Below are positions 33,242 through 45,931 of a DNA stretch of 64,000 bases, piece by piece; positions within the stretch are counted from its first letter, which is position 1; each line of letters opens with the position of its first letter. The stretch is from NCBI RefSeq assembly GCF_964194025.1, contig NC_134473.1:71114001-71178000 (forward strand), given 5' to 3'. A program made the position numbers and the translations under genes. The stretch comes from Convolutriloba macropyga (lineage: Eukaryota). Under the pieces are notes generated by a model, which searched no databases, was not told the origin of the DNA, and saw nothing but the letters and a program-made list of their open reading frames with translations.

Positions 33242-33976
33242 ATGCCCTCAAAACCTAAAGGATCAGTATCGGAGGAGACGGGCGAAGAGGCGGGCTTGAC
33301 ACACCTGTTCGGATGTACGGGCCGCAGCCCAGATGGAAGTCCCTGTCCTGCTTGGGTTCCCACGTGGCTGCCAAAACTGGTTCCAAGGGGCTTCATGGAA
33401 CGCCCATTCCTATGCGGGTTTTGTGCAGCTGAGGAAGTGGCGAAGTTGAAGACAAATTCAACACCCAACGACGAGGCCTCCAAACTCTTCTCGCTGCTCC
33501 AAAGTGATGCCAACGAGCAGTATGGCAGAAGGCATAATATTCTTATCTTCGGCCTCGAGGAGTCACCCGACGAGGGTCCTTACCAAGCGGTGCTAGATGT
33601 CGCCAACATGGTTGGAGTAGAAATCCAAAAAAGTTACATCAGCGTGTGCCATCGGGTTCCGAGCAGAAAAGGTAAGAGACCCCTTATCGTGAAATTTGTG
33701 AGACGCCAGAAGAAGTTTGAGCTGATGAGCTCAAAAAAGAAGTTGAGGGACAGTGACAGTAATGTGTACCTGAATGAGGACTTTACTTTTCTTCGAGCGA
33801 AACTGGCTGCTAAACTGCGTCAAAAAGCTGATATAAAAGCTGTCAGTATGCAAAATGAACGAGTTGTGATATATACTGATGATGGCAAAGGATTAGCTTT
33901 TGAAAATATTTGTGATCTCTACACGTGGGACCAAAGTTTGGTTCTCTCTGCTTGTAAAGAGCATCTAAATTTTTGA
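33242..33976 (+). CDS. LINE ORF1p (N-terminal Cys cluster plus L1-type RRM/CTD)
   Basis: C..C...CGFC, then EQYGRRHNILIFGLEE, VCHRV, RPLIVKF and VYLNEDFT motifs typical of CR1/L2-group ORF1. Confidence 0.8.
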   Translation: MPSKPKGSVSEETGEEAGLTHLFGCTGRSPDGSPCPAWVPTWLPKLVPRGFMERPFLCGFCAAEEVAKLKTNSTPNDEASKLFSLLQSDANEQYGRRHNILIFGLEESPDEGPYQAVLDVANMVGVEIQKSYISVCHRVPSRKGKRPLIVKFVRRQKKFELMSSKKKLRDSDSNVYLNEDFTFLRAKLAAKLRQKADIKAVSMQNERVVIYTDDGKGLAFENICDLYTWDQSLVLSACKEHLNF

Positions 33977-36780
33977 GTAGGGGGCCTCCTAAACTTCTGA
34001 AACCCCGAAAACCCAACAATCGCATCGGAAGAAACTTGTGCTTGTCCCATCTAAACATTAGATCTTTAAGTAAGAACTTCGACAACCTCCAGGTTTTTCT
34101 TGAAAATTCTATACGTCTGTGCTGTCTATCTGAAACCTGGCTAAATGACGATGCTGATGAAAACTTTTTTGTGTTAAAGGAATATTCATCTCCTGTCGTG
34201 AAAACCGGAGAATATCGATATAGTGGAGTGGCACTCTATATACACAATTCTATCTGGTTTGAGAAGGTTACTATTGAAACGAACTTGAATGTAGCTTTAG
34301 TTCAATGTTTCACCAAAGGTAAAATTGGTTTTTTAGTTGCTTGCTTGTACAACTCTCCTTCTGTAAGCGAACGGATTTTTCTGGAAGATTTTGACATCTT
34401 TCTCTCGAAAGTTCTTGAAATCAAGCTTCCCTGTTTTATTCTCGTAGATTTTAACATTGATCTACTGAATTATAATGCAGTGGTATCACAGTATCTAACA
34501 ATTTTAGAGAGACGTGGTTTTTCCCAGGAAATAGAAAGTCCCACTCGAGTGACATGTAAATCTAGCACCCTCATTGACCACATAATACATAACAGTGATT
34601 GCGAAGTTGATGCAAAAGTAGAGCAAGTCAGTATATCTGATCACTTTGCGATAACTGTGCTAATACTTGTAAAAAGTAGTTCCTCTGAAAAAAACAAATT
34701 AAAGTCCCCCTTTTTTGAAGGATGAACAAGCACACGTTTCGTTCCTGAATGATCTTCATTCTGAAATTTTCTTAGTAAATCTTGAACAGAGCTTTGATGC
34801 AGCGTTTGATAACCTAGAAGAAAAACTTACACTAGTTGTAAATCGAAATGCCAATTACAAGGAATAGAAAACTCCCCAAAATCCCTGGATAACAAATGCA
34901 GTACAAAACTGCGTAGCTAAGAAGGCAAAGTTTTCCCGCCTTTTCCAAAGATTCAGAGCACCTGCTGATGAACAGCGCTTCAAACATTACCGTGCTGTGG
35001 TGAATAAACTAGCTAAAGCATCCAAGAAGCAATACTATGGGCCTTCTTCTCAAGAAACTTCAACAATTCTCGAAAGTTTTATCGAGAGTTAAATGCCTTG
35101 TGTGGCAGAGAAAAAAGGCAAAGCAATATTGTTTTACTAGACGGAAATACTTTGCTGAGTGGACAGAAAGACGTCGTTAAAGCTCTGAATTCTAAATTTG
35201 TGAGTTTGGCTTTACCTCCTAACGACAAGGTTTCTACAACTGGCTCAGATATTGCGTAAAATGAACACAGCTTCTTTCCTCATCCTCTAGGTATGGTAGA
35301 GCTTGAACGTTATGTAGCTGAATTGAACGATGGAAAATGGTCAGGCCTCGATCGACTCTCTGCCGAAATTGTGAAGTCTAGTCTTCCAGTTTTCCGAGAA
35401 CCCCTTCTGTATATGTTCAATCGCTCCTTGAGTGAAGGCGATTTTCCAGAATGCCTCAAGAAAGCTAAAGTTTTCCCATTGCATAAAGGCGCAAAAATGA
35501 ATATTGAAAACTACCGCCTAATTTCTATACTCCATGTACTAAGTAAATTGCTTGAGAAAGTCGTTTACGCAAGACTTGAATGTTTCTTCTTGAAATTTAA
35601 CATTTTCTACCCGAAGCAGTTCGGCTTTCGATCAAAATACTCAACTATCCACGCCTTAGCCCATATCACCGAAACACTCCGTGAAAACTCAGGTATTGAA
35701 TGTTTCCATTCTCCTGAACTTGCGTAAAGCCTTTGATACTGTGAATCACACACGTCTTTTATCGAAATTGTAGATTTATGGCGTTCGTGGTGTTGCATTA
35801 GTTTGGTTTACTTCCTATTTGTCAAATAGATTACAGTGTGTAGAACTTTCCTCAATCCGATCTCCCTTTTTGCCAGTGACCTGTGATGTTCCCCAAAGGT
35901 TCAATTTTGGGTCCGCTTCTATTATCTATGTAAATGATCTAACCAATGTTTCTTCCTTTTTAGACACCTACTTGTTTGCAGATGATACAAATTGTCTTTA
36001 TACCTGTAATGATGTTGAGAAATCAAAGCTGAAAAATGAACTGAACAAATTGTTTGAGTGGATCAAGAAAAATGAACTTTCACTGAACATTTGGAAAACT
36101 CAAGTTCTGCAAATTCATGGAAAAAATGATCTCACTTTAGAATTAGACGGCGAATTGTTGTTTAAACAGCCGCTCGTTACCTATCTCGGAATAAAGGTAG
36201 AGATGATGTTCCATTTTACAAGCCATATACAGGATATTGTAAAAAAAGTGTTAAGCAGATTTTCATTGTGTCGCGTTTTTGTGAGTCGTGACGTTGTAAT
36301 ACGGTAATACAATGTTTACATCAAAACTGTCATACAATATGGTGTATTGATATACGGTTGAACTTCGCGCAACCGTTTACTTCCAATTTACTTGCAACAA
36401 AAGAAACTACTCAGGCTAATTTTCTTCAAAAGCTCAAGGTATCATTCCAGTTCACTTTTCGAAGATTCAGGAATACAAAACATCTATGATATTTATACGT
36501 TTGAATTGTTAAAATTCTACCTTTTTTCGATCAAGCAATTGCAGCCGACTTGCTACCTAAAGAATATCTTCAAAAGGCAGCTGAAAACTTCCATGGTTAC
36601 CCGAGCTACAATGTGTGGCTTGTATGAAATTCCCGCATCAAAATGTCTAAATGTCTGAGTGTTAGGCATTCTCTAATATATCGCGGAGCCAAATTACTCA
36701 ATACGCTAGTCAAAAATGATGTCTTCATAGAATACCTTGATGCTTCAACAGCCGCGAGCAAAAATCAGTCCTTTAAAACT
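33973..36780 (+). pseudogene. LINE ORF2 (APE endonuclease plus RT), disrupted
   Basis: HLNIRSL, LSETWL, GVALYI, DFNIDLL, TLIDHI, SDH; NYRLISIL, QFGFR, KAFDTV, LFADDT, YLGI. Several frameshifts and stops (e.g. about 34725, 34866, 35257, 35727). Confidence 0.92.
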
Positions 36781-37419
36781 AGCTAAACATCAGACTTCAC
36801 GAATGTTAAGTGATATCTGTTTCAATACAGAAGTAGTTTAAGAAAAATAGGTAAAGAAGTCAAACGCGATCAATGCTCTGCACTTTTAACTCGGGTCCTC
36901 ATAATAAAAGGTGATTCACCTTTATGTGGGTCCCCTCTGATCCATCTCTAGTTCTTCTAAACTGTTCACGTAATTTTAATATGATGAATCAGAGAAATTC
37001 TTTCTTTCTTTCATTTTTCACTGTTTTTGTTTTTTTATCGGATTTTTTTTCTGAATGATTTTCCCAATTCCTTCAAAGTTCATTCTAGGCCTGGTTTTTT
37101 GTTTAGAACAAATTTCCAATTATCGCTACTGGTGTTTGTTCTCATGCGGCATTTTGACATTGATTTTCTGTCTTTTTTTGTCTGAATTTTTTTTAGAAAT
37201 GGTTTTCCCAATTCACTCAGTCCGTTCTAGGTCTAGTTTTTATTTGATCATTGAAAATTCTTTGAATTGTACATCAGAACTTGTCCTGCTGTGTTTTTTT
37301 TTCACTTCGGCGAATAAAAATTGTTCGCTTTACCTTAGTTCACAGCTTGTTCAACATTTTGCGTGAAATCTTTTTGACTTCTCTAGGCTAGTTTCACTTC
37401 TCGATTGCTTGATTGCATT

Positions 37420-40400
37420 AATTAATAGCCGCCTCAGCTTCTCAGCCGGCTATTATAGCTCTCATAATTTTACAATTCAAAAAATTTGAATTGTATTGGG
37501 GCGCTGTCTTTTTTTATTAAGATCTGTTTATACATTTTCATGAGAATGGTTTTGCGGCGTAAAATTTTTTGGTCTAATTTTAAAGTAGACTGAGAAAACG
37601 GTGCTGAACAAAAATTCTTTGCGTAGTTCTTTTTGGAGCCTTCGTAAGCTCTAAGTGTTCAGTTGGCAGAATTTCGATGGCCATTGTCGCAAATAACATC
37701 AAAATGCTTTTTATTTGAAAGTTTTGAAGGAGATTCCCTTCCTCTCAATTTTGAATCTGGCTTAGTTGATACGGCAATATTAGCAGTTTTAGTTTACTTA
37801 ACTGACTTAGTTTCTAATTGCTCTTGAACGAAGTTTATAGCAATTATTGTAAACGTGTTGGTCTTTTTACAAATTTTTCGCTTGACCATTTTGAGCTTTT
37901 CTTCTAGAACATTCTTTGACTTCTCAAGTAACTTTTTCACGCTCTTCGTTCTTCATTTTTTAGTGATCTCTTTTGCTCTCACTTCGAAGTAAAGCTTGTT
38001 GCTAATATAGAGACGGTTGCAGCATATAAAATTAAGGGCTAATTAGCACAGTCGGGAGTGTGCATATGGTTATTAAGAGGTAAGTCAGTGGTTCGAATCC
38101 CGGTGGGGTCAAATGTTTTCCACCCGCCTGTTGTCCGAGAGCAATTCCTCCGACATTAGCCGGTTTATTTTTCAATTTCGTAAATTTGAGCTTTCATTTA
38201 TCTCTTGTGTACGGCGGGCGATTGGGATGGCCGAAAGACGCTTATTGAAGCTATTCATTTTTCTGATGAGCAGCTTTTTAAATGTATTATCATGCCTGGA
38301 GGGAATTAAGTGGCTGATTAGCTCTCTTAGTCTCTTCGAGCTTTACGCCATACTGGTCTCTAAGTATTCGATTGACCGAAACTGTTAGCATCCATAAGCC
38401 CCAGCTGCTTACTACCGGAGTCAACCGCTCATTGGTCGTTTGATTGCAATTCGTCCGATGTTTGTTCGATTCTTATCATCCTCATCTTCTTACCGCCCTC
38501 ATCTTCTCAGCCGGCTATTATTGCGCTCGTATTTTTTTTTACTTTGTCAAACTTTTTTCGCTTTACCATTTTGCCGCTTTTTCGACATTTTGTGTGAAAT
38601 CTTTTTGACTTCTCTAGGCTAGTTTCTCTCTTCTCTCATTCTGCTAAAAGTGAATTTGAACATCAGTTGCTAAGCAAAGCAATTGAAAATGAACAGAGTC
38701 GGTATAAAAAATTGAAGTCAGAAATAGATACGGGATAAACCCATAAAGCCCAATTTTAGATGCCCGCTATTTGAACGTCGTTCCTATAAGTCTTAGTTAC
38801 CATCTCTAATGCTTATTGGTATTGATAGTAGCCCCTGTAGCCTCTGTCTAAGAAACAGAAGTGCGTTATGTTCAACTACGAAATGCCATCAAAATAAATC
38901 GGACTTTTCAATATATTCTATTCGTTCAATCCCAATCATGCATATTGGAATCAACGGCGGCTGTTTTCCGGCAATCTGCCGGGTATGTTTTCTTTTTGAA
39001 GACAAACAAAATTTGAAGCCATTATTGTAAGCGTGTCATTTTTATGCAATTTTTTGCTTGACTGTTTTTTTTTCATGAACGTTCTTTCGATTTCACTTCT
39101 CGGGTGACATTTTCACGCTTGACTTTTTGATTTTTTGAGTGATTTTAGGTATAATTCTGTTGCTAAAATTAATTCTATTCGAGCGAAGAAGGTGCATAAC
39201 CCGTATATCGAAGTAGTTAATGTCCCTGATTTTCAGAAGCGCTCCTTAGTAAGAGGTTTATGCACCACAAAGGCTTCTCTGAACTATACGCCTTCTAAAT
39301 TGTTTACCTCGCTTGTGGTTCGGAAGCAATTCGTCCGATGTTAATTGGTTTATGTTCAAACAATGTGGATAGCAATTTTTAATTCGTTGTTGGGTTTTCT
39401 TCTGACCGCTTTTCGTCGACCTTTTATCCATCTAACACTTATCTGACACAAAAGTCAGATTGCGTGAAAATAATTGTTGGTTTTGTAACATATTTATTTC
39501 AGCTTCTAATGTGGCTTCACCTTACAAAAAAACCTTGTTTTCTAATATTTTTCTATTTCACTCCTAATGGATGTCAAGGGTGTCAGTGGTAGCTTTTTGC
39601 CGGCTACCTGCCAGGTACGTTAGCACCTCACTAAAAATATGTCGACTCTACGCATAGCAAAGTTGATTCCGAAGCAGAGAAGAACTTCGGTTAATTTTGG
39701 TTAATGTCAAGCATTGCAAGAGATCTGTCGCTTCAGAAACCTTCTTTTAATTAGTTTCCCTCTCGTTTTTTTAAAACAATTATAGTAGTGGTTTTTGTCT
39801 TTATTAATTGCTCTCAAACAAAATTTGTAGCAATTATATTAGTCTTTTTTAAGTCCCATTTTCCTCAAAAATTTCATATACAAGTAGCGCTCGGAGGGCT
39901 TTAAGTTGCCGAGCAGCTCTTTACGCTTCACTGGTCTCTAAGTATGCGATTCACCGAAACTGAGGTGACAATTTCAGGTTGTGAGGGGCGTTTCTTAGTA
40001 TTAAACGTTTGCCCCCTTTCAACCCCAACCGCACCAAACCCCGTCCATCCCCTCCTCCAACCATGCGATTTGGACCCCCTATTATCCAGCCTTTCCACAA
40101 CCGAAGTTAATCGGTTATGTTGCAAAATTTCTGCTTCATCGTTTTTAATTACTCTTGAACGAGGTTCATAGCGATTATTGTTAACGTGTGTGTCTTTTTT
40201 TATGCAAAATTTTTGCTTGACAATTTTGACTTCTTGAGTGACTTTTACGCCCTCAACTTTTTGCGTTTCGCGTGATCTAAAATTCTCTCTCAATCACAAT
40301 TTGAAGCAGCTGAATTCAATTGGCGGCAATTTAATACTAAAGGTCAACTGAAAAATGCGCCGAAACTGGTGTCATTTTTTACTTTAAATCCTAATAGTGG

Positions 40401-41500
40401 TATATGTTAACTTCTAATGTGGTTATTTGAAGCCCACTATTGAACTTCTTAGTCCCATTTAGGCTCCCCCTCCCTCTCCCCCCGTCTGAAGCAGGCTGCA
40501 ATTGATTAAAGCTCCCACTTATCGTTCGAGAGCGATTCTGACATTTGTTGGTTTGTTTTTTTAAAGCCGCGAAGCGATAGCGACTATTATTGGGGACATC
40601 CTGGTTTTTACAATTCAAAGAATTTGAATTGTATTGGGGCGCTGCCTTTTTTTAAGATCTGTTCACCCATTTTCATTATTTTGGAAGTCAAATTGGAGTA
40701 GTGATTTTTGTCACGCCGAAACAGGAAGTGGAGCGAAAAAGATAGTGGTTTGTGGCGCGAAATTTTTTGCTCTAAATTTAACGTAGAGTGAGAAAACGGT
40801 TTTTGAACAAAAATTCGCTGTCTCGCTTGTGATTTTTTTGTTCACATTCACGGCAATTTCACTTTGATGCTTAGTGTTTTTTCGATTTTTTGGATCGGAT
40901 TTTTTTCTAAATGGTTTTCCTAATCCAGTCATAGCTCATTCTAGGTCTATTTTTTATTTAGTCAATGAAAATTCTTTGAATTGTTTGTCAGGACTTGTCC
41001 TGCTCTGTTTTTTAATTCTCCATCGATGATTCTTACGACCTGACTTCTTGGAAAACTTTCAATGACTTCGCTGACTTCTACTGCTTTGCAGTTGAAATTT
41101 GTGTGCGTGACGTCATTTCTGATTTTATATCAATTGCGTGACTTACCTGACTCAAAAAATGACTTCTGAACTCACTTATGGAACTTTTTTGAATTTTATG
41201 AACATTTACTAGTTAAAGATCAATAGTGTGCATATAATTAGTGCCAAACTTTTATGCCCTTATTCTTGAGTATTAGTCTTGAGCTTTTGATTTCGAATAT
41301 CAATTTTGAAAAAGCTCTTTTATGGCTTTTTCCTTATAGACCGTATGTGTCGTAAAATTTACAGCCCGAATCTAACCCCAAAAAGTATTGGTCTATTAAA
41401 AGACTGGTGGTCGATCTGTCTATCTAATTTCTTTAGTTGTTTCAATTTATGGAAGGCCACAAGCGTCCAGCGCGGCTATTTTCCGGCAATCTGCAGGCTG
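37420..41500 (+). repeat. Further nested family A/B Helentron-like copies
   Basis: Same termini and internal blocks as other copies. 39550-40130 closely duplicates 24610-25200. Confidence 0.72.
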
Positions 41501-42121
41501 TCTTTCAATTTTCATGTTCTAGTGATTTTCACGTCCTTGCGTGTGATTAAATAGCTATGCCTCTTTCAAAGTTTTATGACACTCAACTCAACTGGTAGCA
41601 GTGTACTACTAAAAGTCAAATGAAAATGACACCGAAATTGTTTTCATTTTCATTTAATTTAAATAGTGGGCTATAATAATCTCTAATAAAGTTACGTTTA
41701 ATCATAATTGGTAGCGTTTAATCATGATGATTGAATCAAGTTTCCGAACATACAGTTGACTTACTTTTTACGGTGTTTATCGAGGCAGGATCTTGAGCCA
41801 AGTTTTTGCGTTTCTGATTTTCTGTGTCTAGTGAATTTCGTAGCTTTGACACAACTCCGGAGGTAGTGTATTTTGTTCCGTTTAGTTGTTGGTTTTATGT
41901 ATCCTTTTACGTTATTTAGCAGCTGTTGCATGTATTCAACTCACGCGTCGCGTCAACGGGGGTTTTGTTCTCACCAGTCTTTCTAAGTCTCGCGGTCGCG
42001 AGTGTAAGGTGTTTGCATATTCTACGTGCTGAACTGGTGTGCTTTTTTATGTCATCTATAAAATTTACCCGGTATCGCTTCATTATTTCTATCATTCTCT
42101 GCTGCTGTTGTTAACTTATAG

Positions 42122-42296
42122 GTGCACGTCTCTGAGGAACATCCGAGACAACGAGGAGAAAGATTCTGCCTTCCGAGGAGTCTGTGCCATGATTTCTTTG
42201 AACCCTGTGGGCATCTTAGCCGACTTCATTTTCTTTTGTGATGCAATTGCCTCTTGGGCCAACCCGAAACAGGATCTCAAACAGATGTTCTATATG
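42122..42296 (+). CDS. TNPO1: Transportin-1 exon
   Basis: [31 protein letters not shown]; TATAG| and |GTTAGT. Confidence 0.95.
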
Positions 42297-42571
42297 GTTA
42301 GTTGAAAACATGATGATACGACATTTTCGTTTTTTTTTCGCGACTGATTAGCAGAGAAATGTATTGCTTTCTATCTACTGATCGGTACTCGAGAAATAAT
42401 AATTTCAATTTTGGTAAGATTACCAAAATAATAATCGTAAGATGACATGGTGCTCATAAGGACAGACTCATTCCTTTATAGTTTTACAGATAAAATTTGA
42501 CCTATTATGTCAAAAAAATTTTATTCCGTATTTTTGAAGATTGTAGTCATGAAAAACTCCTAAAGGTTGTT

Positions 42572-43953
42572 AATAGCCGCCCTCATCTTCTCAGCCGGCT
42601 ATTATAGCGCTCCTATTTTTTTTACAATTCAAAGAATTTGAATTGTAATGGGGCGCTGTCTTTTTTACAATTCAAAGAATTTGAATTGTATTGGGGCGCT
42701 GTCTTTTTTACAATTCAAAGAATTTGAATTGTATTGGGGCGCTGTCTTTTTTTTAAGATCTGTTCACACATTTTCATGATTTTTGAAGTCAAATTGGAGT
42801 AGTGATTTTGGTCACGCCGAAACAGGAATGGGAGCGAAAAAGCGAGTGGTTTTGCGGCGTGAAATTTTTTCGCTCTAGATTTAAAGTAGAGTGAGAAAAC
42901 GGTGTTTGAACAAAAATTCGCTTTCTCGCTAGTGGTTTTTTGTTCACATGCGGCAATTTCACTTTAATTTTTACTGTTTTTTCGATTTTTTGGATCGGAT
43001 TTTTTTCTAAATGGTTTTTCCAATCCATTCATAGTCCGTTCTAGGTCTAGTTATTTAGTTAGTCAATGAAAATTCTTTGAATTGTACGTCAGGACTTGTC
43101 CTGCTATGTTTTTAAGATCTGTTCACACATTTTCATGATTTTTGAAGTCAAATTGGAGTAGTGATTTTGGTCACGCTGAAACAGGAAGTGGAGCGAAAAA
43201 GCGAGTGCTTTTGCGGCGTGAAATTTTTTCGCTCTAAATTTAAAGTAGAGTGAGGAAACGGATTTTGAATAAAAATTCGCTTTCTCGCTAGTGGTTTTTT
43301 GTTCACATGCGGCAATTTCACTTTGATTTTTACAGTTTTTTTGATTTTTTGGATCGGATTTTTTTTCTAAATGGTTTTCCCAATCCATTCATAGTCCGTT
43401 CTTGGTCTAGTTTTCTGTTTAGTCAATGTTTTCTGTTTTCTGTGAATTGTACTTCAGGACTTGTCCTGCTATGTTTTTTTACTTGGTCGAACTTTTTTTC
43501 GCTTTACCATTTTGCCGCTTTTTCTGCATTTTGCGTGAAATCTTTTTGACTTCTCTAGGCTAGTTTCTCTCTTCTCTCATTCTGCTAAAAGTGAATTAGA
43601 ACATCAGTTGCTCGGCAAAGCAATTCAAAATGAACAGAGTCAGAATGAAAAATTGAAGTCAGAAATAGAAACGGGATAAACCCCTAAAGCCCAATTTTAG
43701 ATGCCCGCTATTTGAACGTCGTTCCTATAAGTCTTAGTTACCATCTCTTATGCTTATTGGTATTGAAAGTAGCCCCTGTAGCCTCTCTCTAAGAAACAGA
43801 AGTATGTTCAACTACGAAATGTCATCAAAATATATCGGACTTAAAAAATGTTTTTGTACAAAAATCTTTTTTTCGATATCTTCTATTCTTTCAATCCCTA
43901 TCATGCTCATTGGAATCAACGGCGGCTATTTTCCGGCAATCTGCCGGGTATGT
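42572..43953 (+). mobile_element. Complete family A non-autonomous Helentron/DINE-1-like element
   Basis: 5' AATAGCCGC..CGGCTATT, 3' GCGGCTATTTT then hairpin CCGGCAATCTGCCGG and TATGTTT. Internal 44-bp triplication and ~359-bp tandem duplication. Confidence 0.75.
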
Positions 43954-44095
43954 TTCTTTTTGTCAGACCTCTCAGCGGAGTAGGTGCTTTGTTATTATAA
44001 TTACACTAGCAACTACAAAGAGGAAAGATCATTTTAAATCGAAATTTCGGTTCAAGCGAAAGAAGTTCACAAATCATTCTTACTATTTGCTTTAG

Positions 44096-44275
44096 ATATT
44101 AATGGGCTTTAAAAATCAAGTAGGCGACCAGAGCTGGGCAAAGTTTGTGTCTCAATTTCCGGCACTTCTCAAAGAACGACTGGAAAGCCACTATGGAATT
44201 ATATCATCTGCAGAGTCAATCATTACAACACAACAACAGCAACAAACAACACGTCCACCTGAACAAATGCAATGA
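44096..44275 (+). CDS. TNPO1: Transportin-1 last coding exon (not in ORF track)
   Basis: [35 protein letters not shown] plus a Gln-rich extension; TGA at 44273-44275. Confidence 0.93.
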   Translation: MLMGFKNQVGDQSWAKFVSQFPALLKERLESHYGIISSAESIITTQQQQQTTRPPEQMQ

Positions 44276-45925
44276 AGGCTGCTTTTCCTAGTTTATTATT
44301 GTATTCGCTTTCCTTTTAACTTCACCACATACAAGCAACGCAGAAGAAACAGTGGGATTTACAATTACTGGCACAAGAACTGCGAAAGCAGAAGATAAGA
44401 GATTTCAACCTAAGTTAAGACACGTCTAAGCTGTCATGTGTTTAGTAGTTAACTGCACCGGCGGGCGAATGCTCTTCAAGAATTGTCCCCGATCTTGTAT
44501 TTTATCAGGGCTGCTTCGAGCTTGAGTTATTGGCCAGTCTTATTTGTTGACGGAACGGCGATTTTTCTTCTTTGTTTGAATGTTTTTGATCTTCCTTGCG
44601 TTTGTCTTACATTAAACTCTGGCATTTCAACGTTTACCTTAAAAGTCATTGTGACATTAAAGCCCTTAATAGTTAAAGCTCTAATCGCTAGAGCCTTGTT
44701 ATGAATTGACAATTAAACTGGTTATTCGCAGAGTTTCTTTAGTTTCTGAGGGCTCAACGGTCGCTATTTTGCGGCGCATATCTTTGACAAGATTTAGTGA
44801 GATTTATTATTAGTGACATCTAAAATTATTAAGATGTCGAAATGAAATTGATCAGTAGATTCTGAAGAATCTAATTAAACTATGAACGTTCGTTTCAAAC
44901 TTCTGTAACCGATGTCTTTGCTTATGCATTGTTACGCAAACTAAATGGACTTTATCCGAAATTAGCTCTTACATTGAAGTTTCTTTAATTTAACAAGAAA
45001 GTCATACCTATTGTTACCCTTATGATGACCTTTTCGCTCGTATTAAAGCAGCCTGCTTCATGCATCAACACTTTATATTTTCTCACTGGATTGTTGAGTG
45101 ATTTACCTTACCTTGTACCATTTATGTTCAAAAGATTAAATCTTGTTTCTCTCTTCTCTCATAAAACAAACAATTTACGCTATTTGGGGACTACTGAAGT
45201 CGTCGATGATATCGATGACGTTCTGTTAGGATTGTACCGCTTCAGTTTTCGATTCTTATCAACCGCTATGAAATTTACCTCTGCGCTATGCAATAGTCCT
45301 ATCCTACTGTAATGTATTGTAACATGTATTAACATGAAGAAATTGCTACTTCTAAGATGCAATATCAACCGAATCAACAATAATGTCGCCCAACCACTCA
45401 AAGTCATAAAGCGAAACTGAAGATATCAATTAACTACTTTCTCTTCATCACCATATCCAAGCTCCTTCGATGGTTTACGACAATATTTTTTGCGACGTTT
45501 CAACTGAGCGTATTGTGTTCGCTCAAGCTCCAGCTTTTTTCGCGACAAAGCGCAATTTTTTGACAGCTTATCTGGTTTATGAAAACCAAAATCTAGTTCG
45601 TCTAGCCAACAGCCCGTGCCTGAAAAGCTAACAGTCCTTCATAAGTTGTATATGCAGTATACAAAGTTTGATAATTGGTGGCAATATCGGATCTGTTATG
45701 GATGGAATTGCTGACCAAGTTGCCTCTTCTCCCGGCAGGGCCTGACGCGTGATCAACTTTCTTAAGGTGCTCTCTCACAAACACATGAAGATTACATGAA
45801 GCGCGTGAACAAGTGCAGCAACAGCCACTCAGCTAAGCTAAACTCTACATGCATTCATGCAGACTTAAACTCTTTCTTCTTAGGTTCCACTATACATTTT
45901 GAATGTACTTTTCATATTTCATCAT

Positions 45926-45931
45926 AATAAA
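45926..45931 (+). terminator. Candidate polyadenylation signal of TNPO1
   Basis: AATAAA near the end of the unique-looking sequence after the stop codon, preceded by TGTA. Positional inference only. Confidence 0.3.

Larger units (their letters stand above)
33137..37012 (+). mobile_element. Near full-length decayed LINE (CR1/L2 group) nested in a family A element
   Basis: ORF1, then APE-RT ORF2, 3' UTR stem-loop and (TTTC)n tail at about 36999-37012. The host repeat is interrupted at about 33135 and resumes at about 37013. Confidence 0.88.
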
